Source: Antedon mediterranea (taxonomy: Eukaryota > Animalia > Echinodermata). From it: a stretch of DNA of 64,000 nt. Location: positions 29,819,648 to 29,883,647 of the forward strand of contig NC_092673.1 of assembly GCF_964355755.1 (NCBI RefSeq), written 5' to 3'. Shown here in pieces: positions 13,401 to 25,400 of this stretch (within the stretch, counting starts at the first letter, position 1; each line of letters begins with the position of its first letter). A model generated the notes under the pieces. The model saw nothing but the letters and a program-made list of their open reading frames with translations, was not told where the DNA came from and made no database searches. The position numbers and the translations under genes are program-made.

Positions 13401-16400
13401 TCGCTGCTGTCGTTTTCAACGCGTTGAAATTCGACTATCGTACACTGTTCGCTTGTATGTTCACACTGGAAGCTTCCGTCGCCTGCCGCGTGCGTCACTT
13501 TTTAACGCGAAATTCGCGGCTTCGCGTTCGGTGTGCACAGGCCTTAACCCATAAAGGGCAAACAATCGTCATAAGCGAGGCTAGTTAAGCCTATTTTGCT
13601 GCTGGTCTCAGTCCCTTGCCTTGTTACACAACTTACAAGTAAGTTGACAGTACAGCTCATCTTATTTTCTTTATTCTCGTCGTGTAACGTTGCTCGGTAG
13701 TCTAGCAGACGGTCCATCAACTTGCTAATTAATTCCACAAAGCGTATACCCTCTTGATGCAAGAACTGATGTTTCCTGCAGAAATCACCAACTCTGTCGA
13801 AAAAAAAACAACAACAAAAATTATAACACAAATAAATATATTAACTAAATATGAGTCATACAAAACATAACTTGGGTACAGTATATAGATTATAATTTTT
13901 TTAAATATAATATATATAATAACTTGCTTCTCATCCCTTGAGCTGATAAGCTAACTTTGTTACAAATGCTGCAGTACAAACAACTCAAAGTTAAGCAGAT
14001 GAACTTATTCTTTTTTTTCTCTTTGTTTATGCTTATGTATGTTTAATAATGAATGTTTATGAATGGAAATAAAGAAGGAAAGAAAGAAACTATTTTGGAC
14101 GAAAGTTTTTATTGATTTATTATTAATGAACAACTATTATATTCTTGCTATCCTGATACCAGATAAAACTGTATTCACATATAACATATAGTTTATGATA
14201 AACTTACATTGTGTAGAACAAGTGTTTGTATTTCTCATCTCCACTTCCTCCCTCTATCAGCACATCCAGCTGACTAATCACTGCTGTCTCAAACTGGATA
14301 ATACAGAATACATACAAAAAATAAATATTTTTATAAAATTGGAAAATGTAATTTGTTCCATTTTATTAATTGAAAACCAACATAATATATGTAATATGTA
14401 CATAATATAAAATACTACTTGCACTGATGAAGGGCTAGTGTTGCCCGAAAGCTCTGCTAACTTTTGTGGCTGTTTTACTTTATCGTTTTGAGTTAGCTTT
14501 TCGCTTTTTTTTTTATCTCCATTGAGATCCAGCCACTGATACCCACAGCATTTTTTCAGTATTTCGCCTTTAGATTAATACCAACTACCAACAAACTGGA
14601 AATTCTCCTACACAAGTCCAAAAGATCACAAACTATTTTGTATTATTCAGAATACCAGATTTTCTAGAAAACCCAACATAGTTGACAAGCCCAACTATTA
14701 TGTTCCCCATATTATAAACTATACCTCTCTGAAATCTTTCCTGATGTTGAATTCACACTGCATCATGTCACAAAAGATTGGAATGATTGCTTTCCTTAAC
14801 TCGACCTCTGGAATCAATGTGACCTCTAGGAACGGGCCAACCATCTCTGGGATGAACTTTATCTTATGTTTACCCAGGTAATACCACATGGAACGGATTA
14901 TCTCAAATCCTACTTGACGCCTCATGTCACCATATCTGTTGATTTCACAATTTTATTCATTAAATTGGTTGTCCACTTTTATAGTCTATTTTCATTTTTC
15001 TATTTTAATTAATTTAAATTGAGGGCACTCCCTCAATTTCAGTTCAAAATATTCAAAAAAACAAACAAGGTACAAAACAATCAAATATACAGGCATAAAA
15101 ACTAAGGAATAAGAGACATATAAAGGCAAGTCCCGTATTCATTTATGAACATAGGGTAATGAGCTGTTAGGAGCTCATTTTACTAAGCCTTGGCACCTTA
15201 TCCTTCCTAGTATTTTCAATCAGGTACTTATTTACAGCTGAGTAGACTGGGAGTTGTCGGGAATTGAACCAGGGTTTTTCTGTATGGCAGTCAAGTGTCC
15301 TAAACACTCGGCTACCCAACTCAATGTATGAAACATAGCAAGAGACGAAGTGAACTAAATCACTGTCGTCAAAGGGAACCCACAACAAAACAATGATAAT
15401 AAACTTCAAAATTGTCTAAATATATCCTAATAAAAGAACTCACATTTCTAGAATCTTTCCTCGCTTTACAGATGAGAAGTGTTCCAGCTGCAGCTGATCT
15501 TGTGTCACAAAAGCAACAGATAAATGGAAGAAATTATTCCAGAGTTGAAATTCAAATTCCTCTTCTCGAATAAATGTTTCACAGAGTTGCTTAGAGAAGT
15601 GCTTCATTGCTCCCAGGAAGATGCTAAACAAGACAATTAGTAACAAACTAAATAATTAGATACCTAAAATTAATTAAATTACTTAGGGGAATAATTCACT
15701 TAAAGATATATTTCCCCTCCTAAAAAATTTTAGTTTTAACATTTTTTTTAATATACCATTTTTTTAAATGTCACATAATAATTATTTACTTTGACCAAAA
15801 ACTGGATCAAAAAAATTTTTTATATGAAAAAATGTAATTTAAAGCCAAAAATACTTAAATTGTCAGATAATGGTTTTTGGTTAACATTAAATGTTTCTTT
15901 TGTCTTCTAATAAGTGAAATATTTTTTACAGAAGTGAATAACTTTATTAAAACTGCAAAGTGGCCTATTTAAACTATGATTTTATTAATTTTTTTGGGGG
16001 ACAATACATCTTAAGTTATATAGGTTACTATGACCACGGGGAACAATATGCACCCTGGCTAAACCCCGGATATTCTTACCTGTTCTGTTGCATGATCATA
16101 ACCACCCAATCCGGTGGGAACACATTTCGGATAATAAGATCGCGGAACACCATTAGAATCTCCATCAGAAAATCCATGAGATCAGTTTTGGTCAAGAACG
16201 TCTTGATATACTCTTTGTAATGATGTTCATTCATCTGTCGTAGTAATGACATCATGCACGCCACAAACTGACCCTACATTCAAAAACAAATCTTACGTTA
16301 ATATCCAGGTGTCTTAACTTAATATCCAGGTGTCTTAACCTAATATCCAGGTGTTGCTTCGTGTTTGCAAGCCCTTAACCAGGATTTTTACAGTTCTTTT

Positions 16401-19400
16401 GTTACGATCGCAAGCAAGTGAAAATTTAGGTCAAATTTATTTATTTGACACTATTACAAGTATATACACATTTCAAATACTTACAACTATGGGGCTTTCC
16501 TTGTCCATAAACACAACTGACTGAATTATTGTACGTAACAATATCTTCATTAATTCACTGATGTCTGAGTGAATAGGACCCTACAATAAAATTATAATGT
16601 AATAAATGAAATGTAATTCATGAAAACATATAGTACAGTGACATGAATGATAGTAGGATGGTAATTGTATAACTCCTGTGGAGAAGTAGCTTTGAAAATG
16701 TATTCAATGTACTTAGCATACAACTGCACTTTACATCAAAGACAGCGAAAACATCTAGCCAAATAAACATGTATATCATCTTTGATTGGCTGATTTGTTT
16801 TATTATGTAATTGTGTGACTTATATATGTTATCCTTTGTTTGTTTGTCTCTTCACCTAATGATGGGCTATGCCCAAAACATGTCGTACAAATAAATTTAT
16901 ATTGAGGCAGTTTTAACTTATTTGATCTTTATTTTTTTTTAAACATGTATATATATGTATACATCTATAGCAAAATTATGGAAGATAACGATAGTAAGAT
17001 AATTAAAACTATAATTATAATTACTACTGTGGAGTAAGTAAAAGTATTCTCAATGTACATAGTATTAAGTAAGTCTTAGTTTTCAAATCAAACCTACAGG
17101 CAATAGTGTATTTATTTGGCAAGATATGTTATAGTACTTACAACGTTGTTACTCCATAGCCTGTGTAAGATGTTACCAAGTACTTGGCCACTTTGTTGTA
17201 GCTCCATTTGCTCAATGATCAATCCTTTTAACTGCTGTGCAATGGTGCATAGTATTATACCACGGCATTCTACATAAACAATAAGACATTTAAAAATATA
17301 TAATTAAAAACATCTGAAGTTAATGTATATAATAATATCAAACTAAGAAGTTGTGTGGTTATATACCTTCAAATTTGCAAATTCATGCAATATATAATAC
17401 AAAAAAGCCCTATCTACACTATCAAACTTTATGTAACAAAAAAGTGTAATGTGCCCATATATGGACATAATGGTGTCATATCACTACCATATTTGGGCAT
17501 ATCACTACCATATTTGGGCACAACCCCTTTTTTTTGTCAAACTAGTTTAAATGATAGTGTAGACAGAGCTTGATATATACACAAATAAGTTTGATAGTAT
17601 AAATGCTGTCTCTATGATCATAAATGTTTGATAGTTATTTAGAATTTTTAAAAAGAAACATACCTGGCTTGGCAAACAGATCACTGAGAACAAGCTCATC
17701 CATAAACATTAGCTTCTGTTTTACTAGTCTGTCCTTAGACATACTCTCAATAAAGTCTCTCAGGTACGATGCAAGTTCCTTTGGGTTGAACATCTGCATT
17801 GTCACTGGAATCACACTAGGTACATACTTCAGGGCAGCTCCCTAAGTTAGGAAAAAAAGGTTTTAATCAACAACTAGGTACATAATGGGTAGCTCCCTAA
17901 CATAGCAAAAAAAACAATTTACAAATGTAATTACCTGACAACGCAAAGTAGTATCCAGGTCATAGGTCATGACCCCATTGATTGAATGGAACAACTGTCT
18001 AATGGAAGACTCAAAAGCTTGCTTGCCTTGCGTTTCTCCATACATACTAAAAACATTAAAAAAATGATATTTAGTGTCTAATTAAGCTCTGTCTACACTT
18101 TATGTGACAAAAAATGTGATGTGTTCATATAAGGGCACGATGATGTCATATCACCACCATATTTGGGCATATCACTACCATATTTGGGAACATCACACTT
18201 TTTTTGTCAAACTAGTTGATAATGTATACAGAGCTTTACAGTTTATTAAAGTATCATGAATCAATAAAGTATCAAAACTTTGCATTTACAGATATGCAAG
18301 TCTTCGGAAACTTGACTCGCAAGCAACGTTTTTTGACATTGAAAACATTTTGAACTTACGTAACATGAAGCTGACGGGAACGGATGATAAACTTGAAGAT
18401 GTGCTCAAGTGATCGCAACGCTCTGAACAACGAATCTTGCACTTGGTGTTCATTAGCATTGTCAAGATAATACTTTAATACCATCATTAATTTGCTAAAA
18501 TAAATAATAAATATATCATTATTACTTTATGGCATTAAAGGAAAAGTACACCCAGTGACGCAATGCAAAGGTCTGAGACCCCTGGTTTTAGAACGTTAAG
18601 TGGCCTCCAACGCTGGAGGCATCAAGGTTTTTCAACCCTTTTCAACATATTTTAAAGTCTGTTGTTTCTTCCAGCTCCTGTTCAGAGGGCCCCATAGGCT
18701 CTGGGGGCCTGGGCTTAGCCAGTGAGCACTGATCGCCGTTACCCACTGAGAACACAAGTTCATTTAAAATCAAAAGGGGAACTACTTATCAACATCAGCA
18801 GCTCATATAAATAGTCTGTACTTTTAGCTAAGTATGAACTTACTTATAAGCCAGAGCTGCACTGAAATGATTTGTGATGTAGGTATCCAGAACAGGCCGA
18901 AACTGTTGGAACTTTCTCTCATTCACAACACCAATTATAAAAACCTGCAAAAGAAATAATATTGATAATCGGTAATATTATATTATTTGAAATGGGAAAG
19001 TCTTAGTAGAGGTGTCCCCTGAATAGGGGTGTCCAAATAAGGACTTCCACTTTAAATTATTCTTGTATTTTATTTGTATACAATATTTGTTATCTTACCA
19101 AAGCATCAAACACAAGAAAATCATATTTTTCTGATTCATGATTTTCATTTAAAATGCTGAAAAGCGCATCCAACGTATCCTGCAGAAACTGTAAAAGGAA
19201 TGAGTTTTTGTTTCATTACTAAATATAAGATTGCTTGCAATTTTGCATACTTATGGTATGGAAGGCCAACACTGCCAAAATACCATATGAAAGGAATAAT
19301 CTTACAATAGATTGAAATAACAGTTTTAAAATGAAAGGAGACTATTTTAGGAATCGTAGATTTTTGTCTGAATTATCAAAATTTTAAAAGATGTCATTAA

Positions 19401-22400
19401 AAATCTAAAATTCCAAATAAAATCATATTTTTCATACAAATACCATGTTAATTTAAAATATAAAACATGATTTTAAATCATTTGTTCAATGTTAAAAATT
19501 CACATAAAAATGGCTTAAAAAGGGTCTAACCTTTACTATCTCATTTCCATCAGCTTGCATGAGCAGTTCAAGTTTCTTTTGTAAGTCACCTTTGTCAACT
19601 CTCCATTTTAGAAGACCAAGCAAATCAACTGAAACACAAAATAAGCTCTGTCCACTCTATCAAAATATATATGATGTGCATATGGAAACAATGATGTCAT
19701 ATTTGAGCTTATTACACATTTTTGTCAAACTAGTTTGAGCTTAAGAGAGAGATAGCGTATGTTTGTTCATTATAAACATCATTAAAATGGAAATTTTACT
19801 TGGAGGTTTTAAACTGCATATAAATACTGCCCTGAAGCGGGTATCATTATCAATAATATTGAGTCAAGCTCTGTCTACACTATCCAATTAGTAGACAAAA
19901 AAAGTGTGATATGATTAAATATGGTAGTGATATGCCCAAATATGGTAGTGATATGACATCATTATGTCCATATATGGGCACATCACATTTTTTATCACAT
20001 AATGTTTGATAGTGTAGACTTTATGAAGCAAAAAATGTAGCTTTATAGAAAATATCACCATAGCATGAAGATGCATGGACAGACAACATAAAGACAGGGA
20101 AACTCTTCTGTATACAGACAGTAGTGAAGTTTTACACAGGATAGGTATCTTTTAGTATACCCAAATACTTGAATGATTTATCTGCTGAATCTGATCTCCT
20201 TCCAACTGGTTACTAGCTTCAACAAAAGAATTTAACGTTTCCAAATCAAGAACTGTCTTTGTAGATGATTTCATTGTGTTTGTACCAGTGCTGCAGCTTC
20301 GGAAAATACTACGCGATACAGCTACAACGCTAGTAGTACGGACCTGTTACATATTAACAAATTCTACTTATAATTAAAAATGTTCCTCCTTACCATTCTG
20401 AGTGAGTTTTGTAGAACACACTACAGTAGATATCTGGAAGCCTTCCTTTGTACTTAGGGTTAAACCTCCCGAATGTAAGTTAGTTCGGCTACCAGACATA
20501 TACTTCTTATCGCCCTCTTGTTTTCGTATCTCAAGTTCTTGCTTGCTTGACGGTAGATCAAGATAGGTTTGTGGCTTGTTCAACGAAAAATGACTGTCGA
20601 CCTGCGAAAAAAAATTAACACCTTTTTTCGAAAGCAGCTAATTAATTATACTGATTATTTAAAAGAAGTTAATTTTAGTAATTTGAATGTTATGCTATAG
20701 ATACCATGAGTTTAGATCCAGTTTTACATCTAAAATTGTTAAACATGTCTGAAAATTTTTGAATAAACTGATTTCTATCAGCAGGTTAGTGGAGTTTTAT
20801 CTATGTTGGCTGTGATTTGAATAAAATATTTTTTTAAATATAAATAAGAAATTAATTTAATGTTTACCTCCAATAGATGATGCATTAACATTAAATAAGC
20901 TAGCGTAATTAACTAGGTATATTATTCATGATTTGCAAAAAAAAACAATTTTTTGTTTGTTTTTAATTTAAAGTAAATTTTAAAAAGAGAAAATTAGTAT
21001 TATGATTCTAAACCAAAGCTAAGCACTGACTTAAGTTTCAATTCAATGAAAAACCATGGCAATAGAAAGTTCATAAAATACTAATATATTGCAAATATGA
21101 AAGTGAAATTAAGAGCAAAATTAAGTTTTAAAAAGCATTTATTCATGATTATTAATCACAAAAATGTTTTTAAAAAATACATATGTGAAAAAACTTTTAA
21201 TTACAAAACTGCAATTATTTTTTTAGTATTATTGTGATATCCCAATTCGAAAAAGAATAATGAAGGACTCATGATTGATGAAAGGAATCGGCCTGAGAAA
21301 TTTCTGGGCTATGTTACATCTTTTAGATACTGCATTCATACAAGCACATCTTTGTATAGAATCCCAAATGAGTTTAGTGTGAACAGATTTTTTATCAAAC
21401 ACTACATGCATTTTTTATGATTGTTTTTACCACAGTGTGAATGCAGCTTTGTAAGAATTTCATAGTAGATTAGTACTTACTTTTTCGGGCTGCATGATGC
21501 AAAGAAAAGAAAGTGTTACATGTCAAACAAAAGCTAATTTAACGATTTTCATGAATTGAACAAATTAACTAAATGTTCTTTACATGGTTGCGCTTAAATG
21601 CATATTTTATTTATGAATAGCACAGGGGTTGGGTCTACTAAGACGTATCCTGGCATTGCATTCTACAGGCCTTGTCTTTTAAGGCGAGCGAGTGCTATCA
21701 CTCACCTAACACACTCCTAAACTGCCCTTGAAGAATGCGATTTACAACACGCTTAAATTTAGTAAACTTCTACACACAAACATAAAAACAGCATACCTAC
21801 AGCACCCCTGAATGTATTAAGGAGTGTAGCACACCTATCATTTTCAAAAGACAAGGCCTGATTCTAGTCTCATGATTCAATTCAATGGATTCTATCCATA
21901 CCTATCATCATACTCAACCATGAACATGACTATTTACTATATTAAACAAAATATTATATGAACTTACTTTGTAGATGAGAATATCGTGAGTGTCGTTTGT
22001 TACCGTGGTACCGATATCCGTCATTAACTTCATGAAGGACAGTGCAAATATTTTTTCTTGTTTATCCTTGGCTGAAATATTTTTTAAAATGTGAAATGCA
22101 AATGTTTTTTTTAAGTATTTACAGTAACCCAACCAATTACAGAAAGCAAAGTTAAAATACTCAGAGATCGCAATTTATTAACATATTGTTTTTACATTCA
22201 ACTAGTATGTAGTATACATTTTATGTCATTTTGAACTTATTGCAAAAAAAAATGAAAGCACTCAGAAACTGAGTGAAGTACTTGACAAAATATTGCTATT
22301 TTGGCTCATCTTAAAAGAATACAATTTAATAGATTTTCTTGAATTTTTCTGTAAACATATAATATATCTATTTACACAAAAAATTATAAAATATATATAA

Positions 22401-25400
22401 CTTCAAAATTGTAAGTAAAAAAAGCACACTGACTTGGAAAAATTCTATTTTGTACCAATGTAAAGCTCTGTCTACACTATCAAACTTTGTTTATGTGCCC
22501 ATATATGGACGGACATGATGATGTCATATCACTACCATATTTAAGCATATCACTACCATATTTGGGCACATCACACTAGTTTGATAGTGTAGACAGAGCT
22601 TTACAATGGTGAAAAGTTGAATGTACTTACATTCGGTGGATGATCTATGTTTAAACGTAAATCTTATATGGAGACCGTTATCCAGCACATCAATTGGTAA
22701 TGACACCTTAAACATAAATTCATAAACGTTCATTATTTGTATAATATATAATTATGTAAGATATGGTTATTATATTATTATTTATCATTTTATTTTAAGA
22801 GACAGTAAATCTGTACTTCATGTTTATATAAGATGGAAACTGAAAGTTGTATATGAATTAGCGTTGTTATTACAGAACTGTATTCTGAACTGTAAAATGA
22901 GACTATGTTATCAGAAATTAGACTATAGCCATCATGTTTCAATGTATCTAATTTGTTTTCAATTTTCATAAAGCTAATGTTATATAGCCAAGCCAAGTCT
23001 CCTCTTCTCTTAACAGGATTATTAGGTTAAAAATATATGCTGATCAATAAAATGAATATGTAATCATTAAATATAAGATATGGATTGAAGGAACCCTTTG
23101 ACTATTTGAGAAAATGTTTTTTTTTTGCTTAAGTACAATCCATGCTCAAGTGTAATCCCACCCCCAGAGGATAAACAAACTTCTATTATTAATGCAATCC
23201 GAGTACAATCCCACCCCATAAACATTTTGTTCTCGGTTTCCCAGGATCATACACAATAAATTTATCAACATACCTTGACGGTTTCAAACCATTTTGGACA
23301 CTTAATCTGGTAGTAGACAACCGATTTATAAACAGATGTCGCTGGATCGCCTGCGCCAGGGTACAAGACGTCCTCTAACACCCTGCCGTCTCGCGTACAC
23401 ACTTCCATTGTCACCTGCACATTCTTATACGTTTTCTTGCTACCCTTCTCAAATTCACCTTGGATCAATGTTATGTAAATGTCATTCCGCACCTTACCTA
23501 TAAAGATGTACATCATTTTTGTTATTTTTATTTATTTCATATGCATACAACAGTGAGTACACCCTCACCAATTACAGGATGGATAAACTATTTTATAATT
23601 TATTGTGCTTAAAACCTAAGTCTTGTTTGAGGCTTAGGGAGTGGAGTTGAAAGAGTCGTGAGTTACAACCCTGGCACTAGGTTAGGATTGGACTTTGGGA
23701 TTGGAAGGCAAGCATGTTAACCAACAAGCTACAGCTCCACTTTACAAGTAAGTACTTAACAATACTTAATAACATTACAATTTAAAGAGCACCTTTCCAA
23801 AGATTGAACCACCTTAGATGGACCAATCATGTAAAATTAGTATTTTGTAAAAGGTGAGTTTATAGGAATTGTATTACATAAAGATAACTGAACAGTATGC
23901 ATTTGACATTAATATTCAATGAAACAAAAAAAAGCTAGATCAGAACCTGAATAAATACTGAAATAGAATTGTTGATACTGACCTGGCATGATGACCTCTG
24001 GGAAGCCCATTTTACGAGCAATGGCGGTCTTTTCATTCACTAAATGCGGATACTCTTTGATAACCTGTCAAAGTGTCAATGTCAAAAAAATTAATTAAAA
24101 AAAATATTTTAGCAAAACAAGTTTACATGTACGTCATCTATAAAGGTGGACTTGAATGGAACAATCTTGGTGTTGACATTCACTCATCTATCATTTAAAC
24201 ATAAAATTATTAAAACCTTTATATTAATATTATATACTGTACATAATATTGTAAAAACATTGTTAAAATTGTGTTTGCATTTTTATTTGTGCCCAGGGAA
24301 GAACAACCATGTGTTGATCTGGGCCTCTGTGGGTAAATACAGTTGAATTGAATTATCCTTTACCTGTTTAAAATCTCCTTGCAGCATTTTCAAAGAGATC
24401 CATAACCCTTGACCTTTGTGATTGAAGTCTTTTGGGGATGAGATGTATCGTTTAATGAGAGTCTCTAGAAATTCTTCACCTGAAGATCTGAAGTGTTTTT
24501 ATTGTAAGATTTTAAAAATAAAAGTATAGGAAATATAAAACAAATATAAATAATAACAAAAAGACAAACAAGATTTTATAAATTTGTTCACAAATGATGC
24601 CGACATGGTAGCATTGACAACACTTTTTGAAAACAGTACAAAACTTAACATAATGTAATATATAGTCTATTGTCCTCCGCTCCCCTAAATCTAGTATAAG
24701 CCAAGACTGAGTACTCTTCCTATCCCCTTGATGCATGTAAATGTGTCAAAGGTCACCAGCAGGAGTTACAGACACTTACTGAAGGGAACAAACACCTATG
24801 TCAAAGGTCACCAACAGGAGTGACAGACACTGAAGGAAGGGAACAAACACCTATGTCAAAGATCACAAACAGGAGTGACACACACTTACTGAAGGGAACA
24901 AACACCTATGTCAAAGGGTACCAGCAGGAGTGACAGACACTTAGTGAAGGAAGGGAACAAACACCTATGTCAAAGGTCACCAACAGGAGTGACACACACT
25001 TAGTGAAGGAAGGGAACGAACACCTATGTCAAAGGTCACCAACAGGAGTGACAGACACTTACTGAAGGGAACAAACACCTATGTCAAAGGTCACCAACAG
25101 GAGTGACAGACACTTAGTGAAGGAAGGGAACGAACACCTATGTCAAAGATCACAAACAGGAGTGACAGACACTTACTGAAGGAAGGGAACAAACACCTAT
25201 GTCAAAGATCACAAACAGGAGTGACAGACACTTACTGAAGGAAGGGAACAAACACCTATGTCAAAGGTCACAAACAGGAGTGACAGACACTTACTGAAGG
25301 AAGGGAACAAACACCTATGTCAAAGATCACAAACAGGAGTGACACACACTTACTGAAGGGAACAAACACCTATATCAAAGGGTACCAACAGGAGTGACAG

